DNA from: Hypanus sabinus
Lineage: Eukaryota
DNA length: 64,000 bases
Direction of reading: 5' to 3'
NCBI RefSeq assembly: GCF_030144855.1
Contig: NC_082714.1
Location: 95,852,001-95,916,000 of the forward strand
The position numbers and the translations under genes are program-made. Positions 63,741 to 64,000 of this stretch are shown piece after piece. The number at the start of each line of letters is the position of its first letter. Positions within the stretch are counted from its first letter, which is position 1. The notes beneath the pieces were generated by a model. The model was not told where the DNA came from. It made no database searches and worked only from the letters and a program-made list of their open reading frames with translations.

Positions 63741-64000
63741 ATGGTAATATTCTTACTATATTTACACGTTTCTCGTCATTTCTTCAAAATTCGTTTCCCC
63801 GGACACAATTTCCCACGCACAAAGCAATGATGACTTCTCCCTAATCACTCCTTACCTTTCAAAACGCTAATGGATACTGACTCTCAGAAAGTCCTCCAAT
63901 AACTTGTCGCTATTGGACTTAAGATCGCAGGTTTCTAGTTCTAGGGCTCTTTCCAGCAGCATTAAAAAAAAAGACAAAGCTTTAGCCACAGACTCATCTT

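Noticed and set aside
1-64000. CRISPR arrays, rRNA/tRNA genes, prokaryotic operons
   Set aside because: None seen; the sequence is vertebrate genomic DNA and the short tandem repeats are LINE tails or microsatellites.

Overview
Eukaryotic, repeat-rich genomic DNA from a cartilaginous fish. A batoid (ray/skate) is likely, judged from the Ig type and repeat families; this is inference. The window is a tandem array of ~29-32 kb cassettes. Each complete cassette carries one + strand immunoglobulin light-chain cluster of cartilaginous-fish type I (NS5/sigma-cart-like), with V and J already fused in the germline (leader, VJ and C exons, no RSS between V and J). Cluster 1 (26890-28588) is intact and encodes 245 aa. 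Cluster 2 (55921-57620) has an intact VJ, but a TGA four codons into the C exon, a 12-nt deletion, a weakened leader donor and two TSD-flanked insertions upstream. A third, gene-less cassette remnant lies at ~7.3-11.3 kb. Both VJ exons replace canonical VH-contact residues (WYxQ to WDRH, FGxG to YGPG). Between the clusters are decayed exons of a different non-rearranging Ig-superfamily receptor: a V-set exon, a stalk plus Arg-containing TM with a TCR-alpha-like VIGxR motif (39.4-40.0 kb), and a C-type exon (44.7-45.0 kb). A ~260-bp non-coding block at ~96% identity between cassettes, with E-box, EBF-like and MEF2-like motifs, is a candidate enhancer. The rest is decayed CR1, Rex1/Babar, L2-like, HERO-like, Penelope-like, Gypsy and Tc1 elements, a solo LTR, microsatellites and two N gaps. 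All comparisons were made by eye; no database searches were run.
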